Positions 16,501-33,913 of a stretch of 64,000 bases of DNA are shown here, piece after piece (position 1 is the stretch's first letter; the number at the start of each line of letters is the position of its first letter). Origin of the DNA: Eledone cirrhosa (lineage: Eukaryota); NCBI GenBank assembly GCA_964016885.1, contig OZ024743.1, positions 271,622,001-271,686,000 on the forward strand. The letters run 5' to 3'. The notes beneath the pieces are model-generated. The model ran no database searches. It had not been told where the DNA came from and saw nothing but the letters and a program-made list of their open reading frames with translations. Position numbers and translations under genes: made by a program.

Positions 16501-19500
16501 AACAACAGTAACAGCAATAATAACAGTAATGACAACAACAACAGTAACAGCAATAATAACAGTAATGACAACAACAGTAACAGCAATAACAACAGTAATG
16601 ACAACAACAACAGTAACAGCAATAACAACAGTAATGACATCAACAGTAACATTAATGACAACAACAATAGTAACAGAAATAATAACAACAGCAATGACAA
16701 CAACAACAGCAACAGCAATAACAACAGTAACAGCAATAACAACAGTAATGACAACAACAACAGTAACAGCAATAACAACAGTAACAGCAATAACAACAGT
16801 AATGACAACAACAACAGTAACAGCAATAACAACAGTAACAGCAATAACAACAGTAATGACAACAACAACAGTAACAGCAATAACAACAGTAATGACAACA
16901 ACAGTAACAGCAATAACAACAGTAATGACAACAACAGTAACAGCAATAACAACAGTAATGACAACAACAGTAACAGCAATAATAACAGTAATGACAACAA
17001 CATTAACAGCAATAACAACAGTAATGACAACAACAGTAACAGCAATAACAACAGTAATGACAACAACAGTAACAGCAATAACAACAGTAATGACAACAAC
17101 AACAGTAACAGCAATAATAACAGTAATGACAACAACAGTAACAGCAATAACAACAGTAATGACAACAACAACAGTAACAGCAATAACAACAGTAATGACA
17201 TCAACAGTAACAGTAATGACAACAACAATAGTAACAGAAATAATAACAACAGCAATGACAACAACAACAGTAACAGCAATAACAACAGTAACAGCAATAA
17301 CAACAGTAATGACAACAACAACAACAGTAACAGCAATAACAACAGTAACAGCAATAACAACAGTAATGACAACAACAACAGTAACAGCAATAACAACAGT
17401 AACAGCAATAACAACAGTAATGACAACAACAACAGTAACAGCAATAACAACAGTAATGACAACAACAGTAACAGCAATAACAACAGTAATGACAACAACA
17501 ACAATAACGGCAATAACAACAGTAATGACAACAACAGTAACAGCAATAACAACAGTAATGACAACAACAGTAACAGCAATAATAACAGTAATGACAACAA
17601 CAGTAACAGCAATAACAACAGTAATGACAACAACAGTAACAGCAATAACAACAGTAATGACAACAACAATAGTAACAGTAATGACAACACCAGTAACAGC
17701 AATAACAACAGTAATGACAACAACAACAGTAACAGCAATAATAACAGTAATGACAACAACAGTAACAGCAATAATAACAGTAATGACAACAACAATAGTA
17801 ACAGAAATAATAACAGCAATAACAACAGTAATGACAACAACAACAGTAACAGCAATAACAACAGTAATGACAACAACAACAGTAACAGCAATAATAACAG
17901 TAATGACAACAACAACAGTAACAGCAATAATAACAGTAATGACAACAACAGTAACAGCAATAACAACAGTAATGACAACAACAACAGTAACAGCAATAAC
18001 AACAGTAATGACATCAACAGTAACAGTAATGACAACAACAATAGTAACAGAAATAATAACAACAGCAATGACAACAACAACAGTAACAGCAATAACAACA
18101 GTAATGACAACAACAACAGTAACAGCAATAATAACAGTAATGACAACAACAGTAACAGCAATAATAACAGTAATGACAACAACAATAGTAACAGCAATAA
18201 CAACAGTAATGACAACAACAACAGTAACAGCAATAACAACAGTAATGACAACAACAGTAACAGCAATAACAACAGTAATGACAACAACAACAGTAACAGC
18301 AATAACAACAGCAATGACAACAACAACAGTAACAGCAATAACAACAGTAATGACAACAACAAAAGTAACAGCAATAACAACAGTAATGACAACAACAACA
18401 ATAACGGCAATAACAACAGTAATGACAACAACAGTAACAGCAATAACAACAGTAATGACAACAACAGTAACAGCAATAATAATAGTAATGACAAGAACAA
18501 CAGTAACAGCAATAACAACAGAAATGACAACAACAGTAACAGCAATAACAACAGTAATGACAACAACAACAACAGTAACAGCAATAACAACAGTAATGAC
18601 AACAACAGTAACAGCAATAACAACAGTAATGACAACACCAACAGTAACAGAAATAATAACAACAGTAATTACAACAACAACAGTAACAGCAATAACAACA
18701 GTAATGACAACAACAGTAACAGCAATAAAAACAGTAATGACAACAACAATAGTAACAGAAATAATAACAACAGTAATGACAACAACAGTAACAGCAATAA
18801 CAACAGTAATTACAACAACAACAGTAATTACAACAACAACAGTAACAGCAATAACAACAGCAATGACAACAACAACAGTAACAGCAATAACAACAGTAAT
18901 GACAAAAACAACAGTAACAGCAATAACAACAGTAATGACAACAACAGTAACAGCAATAACAACAGTAATGACAACAACAACAATAACGGCAATAACAACA
19001 GTAATGACAACAACAGTAACAGCAATAACAACAGTAATGACAACAACAGTAACAGCAATAATAACAGTAATGACAACAACAGTAACAGCAATAACAACAG
19101 TAATGACAACAACAGTAACAGCAATAACAACAGTAATGACAACAACAGTAACAGCAATAACAACAGTAATGACAACAACAACAGTAACAGTAATGACAAC
19201 ACCAGTAACAGCAATAACAACAGTAATGACAACAACAACAGTAACAGCAATAACAACAGTAATGACAACAACAACAGTAACAGCAATAATAATAGTAATG
19301 ACAAGAACAACAGTAACAGCAATAATAATAGTAATGACAAGAACAACAGTAACAGCAATAACAACAGTAATGACAACAACAGTAACAGCAATAACAACAG
19401 TAATGACAACAACAAGAGTAACAGCAATAACAACAGTAATGACAACAACAGTAACAGCAATAAAAACAGTAATGACAACAACAATAGTAACAGAAATAAT

Positions 19501-22500
19501 AACAACAGTAATGACAACACCAGTAACAGCAATAACAACAGTAATGACAACAACAGTAACAGCAATAACAACAGTAATTACAACAACAACAGTAATTACA
19601 ACAACAACAGTAACAGCAATAACAACAGTAATGACAACAACAGTAACAGCAATAAAAACAGTAATGACAACAACAATAGTAACAGAAATAATAACAACAG
19701 TAATGACAACACCAGTAACAGCAATAACAACAGTAATGACAACAACAGTAACAGCAATAACAACAGTAATTACAACAACAACAGTAATTACAACAACAAC
19801 AGTAACAGCAATAACAACAGCAATGACAACAACAACAGTAACAGCAATAACAACAGTAATGACAACAACAGTAACAGCAATAACAACAGTAATTACAACA
19901 ACAACAGTAATTACAACAACAACAGTAACAGCAATAACAACAGCAATGACAACAACAACAGTAACAGCAATAACAACAGTAATGACAAAAACAACAGTAA
20001 CAGCAATAACAACAGTAATGACAACAACAGTAACAGCAATAACAACAGTAATGACAACAACAACAATAACGGCAATAACAACAGTAATGACAACAACAGT
20101 AACAGCAATAACAACAGTAATGACAACAACAACAGTAACAGTAATGACAACACCAGTAACAACAATAACAACAGTAATGACAACAACAAGAGTAACATCA
20201 ATAACAACAGTAATGTCAACAACAACAGTAACAGCAATAACAACAGTAATGACAACAACAACAGTAACATCAATAAGAACAGTAATGACAACAACAGTAA
20301 CAGCAATAATAATAGTAATGACAAGAACAACAGTAACAGCAATAACAACAGTAATGACAACAACAACAGTAACAGCAATAACAACAGTAATGACAACAAC
20401 AGTAACAGCAATAAAAACAGTAATGACAACAACAATAGTAACAGAAATAATAACAACAGTAATGACAACACCAGTAACAGCAATAACAACAGTAATGACA
20501 ACAACAGTAACAGCAATAACAACAGTAATTACAACAACAACAGTAATTACAACAACAACAGTAACAGCAATAACAACAGCAATGACAACAACAACAGTAA
20601 CAGCAATAACAACAGTAATGACAACAACAGTAACAGCAATAACAACAGTAATGACAACAACAACAGTAATGACAACAACAGTAACAGCAATAACAACAGT
20701 AATGACAACAACAGTAACAGCAATAACAACATTAATGACAACAACAAAAACAACAACAGTAACAGCAATAACAACAGTAATGACAACAACAGTAACAGCA
20801 ATAACAACAGTAATGACAACACCAACAGTAACAGAAATAATAACGACAGTAATTACAACAACAACAGTAACAGCAATAACAACAGTAATGACAACAACAG
20901 TAACAGCAATAAAAACAGTAATGACAACAACAATAGTAACAGAAATAATAACAACAGTAATGACAACACCAGTAACAGCAATAACAACAGTAATGACAAC
21001 AACAGTAACAGCAATAATAACAGTAATGACAACAACAACAGTAACAGCAATAACAACAGCAATGACAACAACAGTAACAGCAATAACAACAGTAATGACA
21101 ACAACAACAATAACGGCAATAACAACAGTAATGACAACAACAGTAACAGCAATAACAACAGTAATGACAACAACAGTAACAGCAATAATAACAGTAATGA
21201 CAACAACAGTAACAGCAATAACAACAGTAATGACAACAACAGTAACAGCAATAACAACAGTAATGACAACAACAACAGTAACAGCAATAACAACAGTAAT
21301 GACAACAACAGTAACAGCAATAAAAACAGTAATGACAACAACAATAGTAACAGAAATAATAACAACAGTAATGACAACACCAGTAACAGCAATAACAACA
21401 GTAATGACAACAACAGTAACAGCAATAACAACAGTAATTACAACAACAACAGTAATTACAACAACAACAGTAACAGCAATAACAACAGCAATGACAACAA
21501 CAACAGTAACAGCAATAACAACAGTAATGACAACAACAACAGTAACAGCAATAACAACAGTAATGACAACAACAGTAACAGCAATAACAACAGTAATGAC
21601 AACAACAACAATAACGGCAATAACAACAGTAATTACAACAACAACAGTAACAGAAATAATAACAACAGTAATTACAACAACAACAGTAACAGCAATAACA
21701 ACAGTAATGACAACAACAGTAACAGCAATAACAACAGTAATGACAACACCAACAGTAACAGAAATAATAACAACAGTAATTACAACAACAACAGTAACAG
21801 CAATAACAACAGTAATGACAACACCAGTAACAGCAATAACAACAGTAATGACAACAACAGTAACAGCAACAACAACAGTAATTACAACAACAACAGTAAC
21901 AGCAATAACAACAGCAATGACAACAACAACAGTAACAGCAATAACAACAGTAATGACAACAACAACAGTAACAGCAATAACAACAGTAATGACAACAACA
22001 GTAACAGCAATAACAACAGTAATGACAACAACAACAATAACGGCAATAACAACAATAATGACAACAACAGTAACAGCAATAACAACAGTAATGACAACAA
22101 CAGTAACAGCAATAATAACAGTAATGACAACAACAGTAACAGCAATAACAACAGTAATGACAACAACAGTAACAGCAATAACAACAGTAATGACAACAAC
22201 AACAGTAACAGTGATGACAACACCAGTAACAGCAATAACAACAGTAATGACAACAACAACAGTAACAGCAATAACAACAGTAATGACATCAACAGTAACA
22301 GTAATGACAACAACAATAGTAACAGAAATAATAACAACAGCAATGACAACAACAACAGTAACAGCAATAACAACAGTAACAGCAATAACAACAGTAATGA
22401 CAACAACAACAGTAACAGCAATAATAACAGTAATGACAACAACAGTAACAGCAATAATAACAGTAATGACAACAACAATAGTAACAGCAATAACAACAGT

Positions 22501-25500
22501 AATGACAACAACAACAGTAACAGCAATAACAACAGTAATGACAACAACAGTAACAGCAATAACAACAGTAATGACAACAACAACAGTAACAGCAATAATA
22601 ACAGTAATGACAACAACAGTAACAGCAATAATAACAGTAATGACAACAACAATAGTAACAGAAATAATAACAGTAATGACAACAACAATAGTAACAGCAA
22701 TAACAACAGTAATGACAACAACAACAGTAACAGCAATAACAACAGTAACAGCAATAACAACAGTAATGTCAACAACAACAACAGTAACAGCAATAACAAC
22801 AGTAACAGCAATAACAACAGTAATGACAACAACAACAGTAACAGCAATAACAACAGTAACAGCAATAACAACAGTAATGACAACAACAACAGTAACAGCA
22901 ATAACAACAGTAATGACAACAACAGTAACAGCAATAACAACAGTAATGACAACAACAACAGTAACAGCAATAATAACAGTAATGACAACAACAGTAACAG
23001 CAATAATAACAGTAATGACAACAACAATAGTAACAGAAATAATAACAGCAATAACAACAGTAATGACAACAACAACAGTAACAGCAATAACAACAGTAAT
23101 GACATCAACAGTAACAGTAATGACAACAACAATAGTAACAGAAATAATAACAACAGCAATGACAACAACAACAGTAACAGCAATAATAACAGTAACAGCA
23201 ATAACAACAGTAATGACAACAACAACAGTAACAGCAATAATAACAGTAATGACAACAACAATAGTAACAGCAATAACAACAGTAATGACAACAACAACAG
23301 TAACAGCAATAACAACAGTAATGACAACAACAGTAACAGCAATAACAACAGTAATGACAACAACAACAGTAACAGCAATAATAACAGTAATGACAACAAC
23401 AGTAACAGCAATAATAACAGTAATGACAACAACAATAGTAACAGAAATAATAACAGTAATGACAACAACAATAGTAACAGCAATAACAACAGTAATGACA
23501 ACAAGAACAGTAACAGCAATAACAACAGTAACAGCAATAACAACAGTAATGACAACAACAACAGTAACAGCAATAACAACAGTAACAGCAATAACAACAG
23601 TAATGACAACAACAACAGCAGTAACAGCAATAACAACAGTAACAGCAATAACAACAGTAATGACAACAACAACAGTAACAGCAATAACAACAGTAATGAC
23701 AACAACAATAGTAACAGCAATAACAACAGTAATGACAACAACAACAGTAACAGCAATAACAACAGTAATGACAACAACAGTAACAGCAATAACAACAGTA
23801 ATGACAGCAACAACAGTAACAGCAATAATAACAGTAATGACAACAACAGTAACAGCAATAATAACAGTAATGACAACAACAATAGTAACAGAAATAATAA
23901 CAGTAATGACAACAACAATAGTAACAGCAATAACAACAGTAATGACAACAACAACAGTAACATCAATAACAACAGTAACAGCAATAACAACAGTAATGAC
24001 AACAACAACAACAGTAACAGCAATAACAACAGTAACAGCAATAACAACAGTAATGACAACAACAACAGTAACAGCAATAACAACAGTAATGACAACAACA
24101 ACAGTAACAGCAATAACAACAGTAATGACAACAACAGTAACAGCAATAACAACAGTAATGACAACAACAACAATAACGGCAATAACAACAGTAATGACAA
24201 CAACAGTAACAGCAATAACAACAGTAATGACAACAACAGTAACAGCAATAATAACAGTAATGACAACAACAGTAACAGCAATAACAACAGTAATGACAAC
24301 AACAGTAACAGCAATAACAACAGTAATGACAACAACAGTAACAGCAATAACAACAGTAATGACAACAACAACAGTAACAGCAATAATAACAGTAATGACA
24401 ACAACAATAGTAACAGAAATAATAACAGCAATAACAACAGTAATGACAACAACAACAGTAACAGCAATAACAACAGTAATGACATCAACAGTAACAGTAA
24501 TGACAACAACAATAGTAACAGAAATAATAACAACAGCAATGACAACAACAACAGTAACAGCAATAATAACAGTAACAGCAATAACAACAGTAATGACAAC
24601 AACAACAGTAACAGCAATAATAACAGTAATGACAACAACAATAGTAACAGCAATAACAACAGTAATGACAACAACAACAGTAACAGCAATAACAACAGTA
24701 ATGACAACAACAGTAACAGCAATAACAACAGTAATGACAACAACAACAGTAACAGCAATAATAACAGTAATGACAACAACAGTAACAGCAATAATAACAG
24801 TAATGACAACAACAATAGTAACAGAAATAATAACAGTAATGACAACAACAATAGTAACAGCAATAACAACAGTAATGACAACAAGAACAGTAACAGCAAT
24901 AACAACAGTAACAGCAATAACAACAGTAATGACAACAACAACAGTAACAGCAATAACAACAGTAACAGCAATAACAACAGTAATGACAACAACAACAGCA
25001 GTAACAGCAATAACAACAGTAACAGCAATAACAACAGTAATGACAACAACAACAGTAACAGCAATAACAACAGTAATGACAACAACAATAGTAACAGCAA
25101 TAACAACAGTAATGACAACAACAACAGTAACAGCAATAACAACAGTAATGACAACAACAGTAACAGCAATAACAACAGTAATGACAGCAACAACAGTAAC
25201 AGCAATAATAACAGTAATGACAACAACAGTAACAGCAATAATAACAGTAATGACAACAACAATAGTAACAGAAATAATAACAGTAATGACAACAACAATA
25301 GTAACAGCAATAACAACAGTAATGACAACAACAACAGTAACATCAATAACAACAGTAACAGCAATAACAACAGTAATGACAACAACAACAACAGTAACAG
25401 CAATAACAACAGTAACAGCAATAACAACAGTAATGACAACAACAACAGTAACAGCAATAACAACAGTAATGACAACAACAACAGTAACAGCAATAACAAC

Positions 25501-25820
25501 AGTAATGACAACAACAGTAACAGCAATAACAACAGTAATGACAACAACAACAATAACGGCAATAACAACAGTAATGACAACAACAGTAACAGCAATAACA
25601 ACAGTAATGACAACAACAGTAACAGCAATAATAACAGTAATGACAACAACAGTAACAGCAATAACAACAGTAATGACAACAACAGTAACAGCAATAACAA
25701 CAGTAATGACAACAACAGTAACAGCAATAACAACAGTAATGACAACAACAACAGTAACAGTAATGACAAGACCAGTAACAGCAATAACAACAGTAATGAC
25801 AACAACAACAGTAACAGCAA
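1..25820. repeat. Higher-order repeat of about 12.3 kb, two tandem copies (1-~12140 and 12316-~25820)
   Basis: Rare variants recur at fixed offsets: (ACA)11 run at 1220 and 13535; minus-strand ORF ends 1557/13872, 6347/18662 and 7256/19571 (offset 12315); 8241/20547, 8547/20853 and 9576/21882 (offset 12306). Confidence 0.93.
22990..25755. repeat. Local 1380-bp tandem duplication inside the second 12.3-kb unit
   Basis: Private variant aacagcagtaac (TTTTAV in the ORF track) at ~23617 and ~24997; the lines starting 23041 and 24421 read identically onward. Boundaries approximate. Confidence 0.88.
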
Positions 25821-27559
25821 TAATAACAGTAATGACAACAACAGCAACAGCAATAATAACAGTAATGACAACAACAATAGTAACAGAAATAATAACAGCA
25901 ATAACAACAGTAATGACAACAACAACAGTAACAGCAATAATAACAGTAATGACAACAACAACAGTAACAGCAATAATAACAGTAATGACAACAACAACAG
26001 TAACATCAATAACAACAGTAACAGCAATAACAACAGTAATGACAACAACAACAGTAACAGCAATAACAACAGTAACAGCAATAACAACAGTAATGACAAC
26101 AACAACAGTAACATCAATAACAACAGTAACAGCAATAACAACAGTAATGACAACAACAACAGTAACAGCAATAACAACAGTAACAGCAATAACAACAGTA
26201 ATGACAACAACAACAGTAACAGCAATAACAACAGTAATGACAACAACAGTAACAGCAATAACAACAGTAATGACAACAACATTAACAGCAATAACAACAG
26301 TAATGACAACAACAGTAACAGCAATAACAACAGTAATGACAACAACAGTAACAGCAATAACAACAGTAATGACAACAACAACAGTAACAGCAATAATAAC
26401 AGTAATGACAACAACAGTAACAGCAATAACAACAGTAATGACAACAACAACAGTAACAGCAATAACAACAGTAATGACATCAACAGTAACAGTAATGACA
26501 ACAACAATAGTAACAGAAATAATAACAACAGCAATGACAACAACAACAGTAACAGCAATAACAACAGTAACAGCAATAACAACAGTAATGACAACAACAA
26601 CAACAGTAACAGCAATAACAACAGTAACAGCAATAACAACAGTAATGACAACAACAACAACAGTAACAGCAATAACAACAGTAACAGCAATAACAACAGT
26701 AATGACAACAACAACAGTAACAGCAATAATAACAGTAATGACAACAACAGTAACAGCAATAACAACAGTAATGACAACAACAACAATAACTGCAATAACA
26801 ACAGTAATGACAACAACAGTAACAGCAATAACAACAGTAATGACAATAACAGTAACAGCAATAATAACAGTAATGACAACAACAGTAACAGCAATAACAA
26901 CAGTAATGACAACAACAGTAACAGCAATAACAACAGTAATGACAACAACAGTAACAGCAATAACAACAGTAATGACAACAACAATAGTAACAGTAATGAC
27001 AACACCAGTAACAGCAATAACAACAGTAATGACAACAACAACAGTAACAGCAATAATAACAGTAATGACAACAACAGTAACAGCAATAATAACAGTAATG
27101 ACAACAACAATAGTAACAGAAATAATAACAGCAATAACAACAGTAATGACAACAACAACAGTAACAGCAATAACAACAGTAATGACATCAACAGTAACAG
27201 TAATGACAACAACAATAGTAACAGAAATAATAACAACAGCAATGACAACAACAACAGTAACAGCAATAACAACAGTAATGACAACAACAACAGTAACAGC
27301 AATAATAACAGTAATGACAACAACAGTAACAGCAATAATAACAGTAATGACAACAACAATAGTAACAGCAATAACAACAGTAATGACAACAACAACAGTA
27401 ACAGCAATAACAACAGTAATGACAACAACAGTAACAGCAATAACAACAGTAATGACAACAACAACAGTAACAGCAATAATAACAGTAATGACAACAACAG
27501 TAACAGCAATAATAACTGTAATGACAACAACAATAGTAACAGAAATAATAACAGTAATG

Positions 27560-28957
27560 ACAACAACAATAGTAACAGCAATAACAACAGTAATGACAAC
27601 AACAACAGTAACAGCAATAACAACAGTAACAGCAATAACAACAGTAATGACAACAACAACAACAGTAACAGCAATAACAACAGTAACAGCAATAACAACA
27701 GTAATGACAACAACAACAGTAACAGCAATAACAACAGTAACAGCAATAACAACAGTAATGACAACAACAACAGTAACAGCAATAACAACAGTAATGACAA
27801 CAACAGTAACAGCAATAACAACAGTAATGACAACAACAACAGTAACAGCAATAATAACAGTAATGACAACAACAGTAACAGCAATAATAACAGTAATGAC
27901 AACAACAATAGTAACAGAAATAATAACAGCAATAACAACAGTAATGACAACAACAACAGTAACAGCAATAACAACAGTAATGACAACAACAAAAGTAACA
28001 GCAATAACAACAGTAATGACAACAACAACAGTAACAGCAATAATAACAGTAATGACAACAACAACAGTAACAGCAATAATAACAGTAATGACAACAACAG
28101 TAACAGCAATAACAACAGTAATGACAACAACAACAGTAACAGCAATAACAACAGTAATGACATCAACAGTAACAGTAATGACAACAACAATAGTAACAGA
28201 AATAATAACAACAGCAATGACAACAACAACAGTAACAGCAATAACAACAGTAACAGCAATAACAACAGTAATGACAACAACAGTAACAGCAATAACAACA
28301 GTAATGACAACAACAGTAACAGCAATAACAACAGTAATGACAACAACAACAGTAACAGCAATAATAACAGTAATGACAACAACAGTAACAGCAATAATAA
28401 CAGTAATGACAACAACAATAGTAACAGAAATAATAACAGTAATGACAACAACAATAGTAACAGCAATAACAACAGTAATGACAACAAGAACAGTAACAGC
28501 AATAACAACAGTAACAGCAATAACAACAGTAATGACAACAACAACAGTAACAGCAATAACAACAGTAACAGCAATAACAAAAGTAATGACAACAACAACA
28601 ACAGTAACAGCAATAACAACAGTAACAGCAATAACAACAGTAATGACAACAACAACAGTAACAGCAATAACAACAGTAATGACAACAACAATAGTAACAG
28701 CAATAACAACAGTAATGACAACAACAACAGTAACAGCAATAACAACAGTAATGACAACAACAGTAACAGCAATAACAACAGTAATGACAACAACAACAAT
28801 AACGGCAATAACAACTGTAATGACAACAACAGTAACAGCAATAACAACAGTAATGACAACAACAGTAACAGCAATAATAATAGTAATGACAAGAACAACA
28901 GTAACAGCAATAACAACAGTAATGACAACAACAGTAACAGCAATAACAACAGTAATG

Positions 28958-28990
<33 letters not shown>

Positions 28991-31900
28991 GTAACAGCAA
29001 TAACAACAGTAATGACAACAACAGTAACAGCAATAACAACAGTAATGACAACACCAACAGTAACAGAAATAATAACAACAGTAATTACAACAACAACAGT
29101 AACAGCAATAACAACAGTAATGACAACAACAGTAACAGCAATAACAACAGTAATGACAACACCAACAGTAACAGAAATAATAACAACAGTAATTACAACA
29201 ACAACAGTAACAGCAATAACAACAGTAATGACAACACCAGTAACAGCAATAACAACAGTAATGACAACAACAGTAACAGCAACAACAACAGTAATTACAA
29301 CAACAACAGTAACAGCAATAACAACAGCAATGACAACAACAACAGTAACAGCAATAACAACAGTAATGACAACAACAACAGTAACAGCAATAACAACAGT
29401 AATGGCAACAACAGTAACAGCAATAACAACAGTAATGACAACAACAACAATAACGGCAATAACAACAATAATGACAACAACAGTAACAGCAATAACAACA
29501 GTAATGACAACAACAGTAACAGCAATAATAACAGTAATGACAACAACAGTAACAGCAATAACAACAGTAATGACAACAACAGTAACAGCAATAACAACAG
29601 TAATGACAACAACAACAGTAACAGTAATGTCAACAACAACAGTAACAGCAATAATAACAGTAATGACAACAACAGTAACAGCAATAATAACAGTAATGAC
29701 AACAACAATAGTAACATAAATAATAACAGCAATAACAACAGTAATGACAACAACAACAGTAACAGCAATAACAACAGTAATGACAACAACAACAGTAACA
29801 GCAATAATAACAGTAATGACAACAACAACAGTAACAGCAATAATAACAGTAATGACAACAACAGTAACAGCAATAACAACAGTAATGACAACAACAACAG
29901 TAACAGCAATAACAACAGTAATGACATCAACAGTAACAGTAATGACAACAACAATAGTAACAGAAATAATAACAACAGCAATGACAACAACAACAGTAAC
30001 AGCAATAACAACAGTAACAGCAATAACAACAGTAATGACAACAACAACAGTAACAGCAATAATAACAGTAATGACAACAACAGTAACAGCAATAATAACA
30101 GTAATGACAACAACAATAGTAACAGCAATAACAACAGTAATGACAACAACAACAGTAACAGCAATAACAACAGTAATGACAACAACAGTAACAGCAATAA
30201 CAACAGTAATGACAACAACAACAGTAACAGCAATAATAACAGTAATGACAACAACAGTAACAGCAATAATAACAGTAATGACAACAACAATAGTAACAGA
30301 AATAATAACAGTAATGACAACAACAATAGTAACAGCAATAACAACAGTAATGACAACAACAACAGTAACAGCAATAACAACAGTAACAGCAATAACAACA
30401 GTAATGACAACAACAACAACAGTAACAGCAATAACAACAGTAACAGCAATAACAACAGTAATGACAAGAACAACAGTAACAGCAATAACAACAGTAACAG
30501 CAATAACAACAGTAATGACAACAACAACAGTAACAGCAATAACAACAGTAATGACAACAACAGTAACAGCAATAACAACAGTAATGACAACAACAACAGT
30601 AACAGCAATAATAACAGTAATGACAACAACAGTAACAGCAATAATAACAGTAATGACAACAACAATAGTAACAGAAATAATAACAGCAATAACAACAGTA
30701 ATGACAACAACAACAGTAACAGCAATAACAACAGTAATGACAACAACAAAAGTAACAGCAATAACAACAATAATGACAACAACAACAGTAACAGCAATAA
30801 TAACAGTAATGACAACAACAACAGTAACAGCAATAATAACAGTAATGACAACAACAGTAACAGCAATAACAACAGTAATGACAACAACAACAGTAACAGC
30901 AATAACAACAGTAATGACATCAAAAGTAACAGTAATGACAACAACAATAGTAACAGAAATAATAACAACAGCAATGACAACAACAACAGTAACAGCAATA
31001 ACAACAGTAACAGCAATAACAACAGTAATGACAACAACAACAGTAACAGCAATAATAACAGTAATGACAACAACAATAGTAACAGCAATAACAACAGTAA
31101 TGACAACAACAACAGTAACAGCAATAACAACAGTAATGACAACAACAGTAACAGCAATAACAACAGTAATGACAACAACAACAGTAACAGCAATAATAAC
31201 AGTAATGACAACAACAGTAACAGCAATAATAACAGTAATGACAACAACAATAGTAACAGAAATAATAACAGTAATGACAACAACAATAGTAACAGCAATA
31301 ACAACAGTAATGACAACAAGAACAGTAACAGCAATAACAACAGTAACAGCAATAACAACAGTAATGACAACAACAACAGTAACAGCAATAACAACAGTAA
31401 CAGCAATAACAACAGTAATGACAACAACAACAACAGTAACAGCAATAACAACAGTAACAGCAATAACAACAGTAATGACAACAACAACAGTAACAGCAAT
31501 AACAACAGTAATGACAACAACAATAGTAACAGCAATAACAACAGTAATGACAACAACAACAGTAACAGCAATAACAACAGTAATGACAACAACAGTAACA
31601 GCAATAACAACAGTAATGACAGCCACAACAGTAACAGCAATAATAACAGTAATGACAACAACAGTAACAGCAATAATAACAGTAATGACAACAACAATAG
31701 TAACAGAAATAATAACAGTAATGACAACAACAATAGCAACAGCAATAACAACAGTAATGACAACAACAACAGTAACATCAATAACAACAGTAACAGCAAT
31801 AACAACAGTAATGACAACAACAACAACAGTAACAGCAATAACAACAGTAACAGCAATAACAACAGTAATGACAACAACAACAGTAACAGCAATAACAACA

Positions 31901-33880
31901 GTAATGACAACAACAACAGTAACAGCAATAACAACAGTAATGACAACAACAGTAACAGCAATAACAACAGTAATGACAACAACAACAATAACAGCAATAA
32001 CAACAGTAATGACAACAACAGTAACAGCAATAACAACAGTAATGACAACAACAGTAACAGCAATAATAACAGTAATGACAACAACAGTAACAGCAATAAT
32101 AACAGTAATGACAACAACAGTAACAGCAATAACAACAGTAATGACAACAACAATAGTAACAGCAATAACAACAGTAATGACAACAACAACAGTAACAGCA
32201 ATAACAACAGTAACAGCAATAACAACAGTAATGACAACAACAACAACAGTAACAGCAATAACAACAGTAACAGCAATAACAACAGTAATGACAACAACAA
32301 CAGTAACAGCAATAACAACAGTAACAGCAATAACAACAGTAATGACAACAACAACAGTAACAGCAATAACAACAGTAATGACAACAACAGTAACAGCAAT
32401 AACAACAGTAATGACAACAACAACAGTAACAGCAATAATAACAGTAATGACAACAACAGTAACAGCAATAATAACAGTAATGACAACAACAATAGTAACA
32501 GCAATAACAACAGTAATGACAACAACAACAGTAACAGCAATAACAACAGTAACAGCAATAACAACAGTAATGACAACAACAACAACAGTAACAGCAATAA
32601 CAACAGTAACAGCAATAACAACAGTAATGACAACAACAACAGTAACAGCAATAACAACAGTAACAGCAATAACAACAGTAATGACAACAACAACAGTAAC
32701 AGCAATAACAACAGTAATGACAACAACAGTAACAGCAATAACAACAGTAATGACAACAACAACAGTAACAGCAATAATAACAGTAATGACAACAACAGTA
32801 ACAGCAATAATAACAGTAATGACAACAACAATAGTAACAGAAATAATAACAGCAATAACAACAGTAATGACAACAACAACAGTAACAGCAATAACAACAG
32901 TAATGACAACAACAAAAGTAACAGCAATAACAACAGTAATGACAACAACAACAGTAACAGCAATAATAACAGTAATGACAACAACAACAGTAACAGCAAT
33001 AATAACAGTAATGACAACAACAGTAACAGCAATAACAACAGTAATGACAACAACAACAGTAACAGCAATAACAACAGTAATGACATCAACAGTAACAGTA
33101 ATGACAACAACAATAGTAACAGAAATAATAACAACAGCAATGACAACAACAACAGTAACAGCAATAACAACAGTAACAGCAATAACAACAGTAATGACAA
33201 CAACAGTAACAGCAATAACAACAGTAATGACAACAACAGTAACAGCAATAACAACAGTAATGACAACAACAACAGTAACAGCAATAATAACAGTAATGAC
33301 AACAACAGTAACAGCAATAATAACAGTAATGACAACAACAATAGTAACAGAAATAATAACAGTAATGACAACAACAATAGTAACAGCAATAACAACAGTA
33401 ATGACAACAAGAACAGTAACAGCAATAACAACAGTAACAGCAATAACAACAGTAATGACAACAACAACAGTAACAGCAATAACAACAGTAACAGCAATAA
33501 CAAAAGTAATGACAACAACAACAACAGTAACAGCAATAACAACAGTAACAGCAATAACAACAGTAATGACAACAACAACAGTAACAGCAATAACAACAGT
33601 AATGACAACAACAATAGTAACAGCAATAACAACAGTAATGACAACAACAACAGTAACAGCAATAACAACAGTAATGACAACAACAGTAACAGCAATAACA
33701 ACAGTAATGACAACAACAACAATAACGGCAATAACAACTGTAATGACAACAACAGTAACAGCAATAACAACAGTAATGACAACAACAGTAACAGCAATAA
33801 TAATAGTAATGACAAGAACAACAGTAACAGCAATAACAACAGTAATGACAACAACAGTAACAGCAATAACAACAGTAATG

Positions 33881-33913
<33 letters not shown>

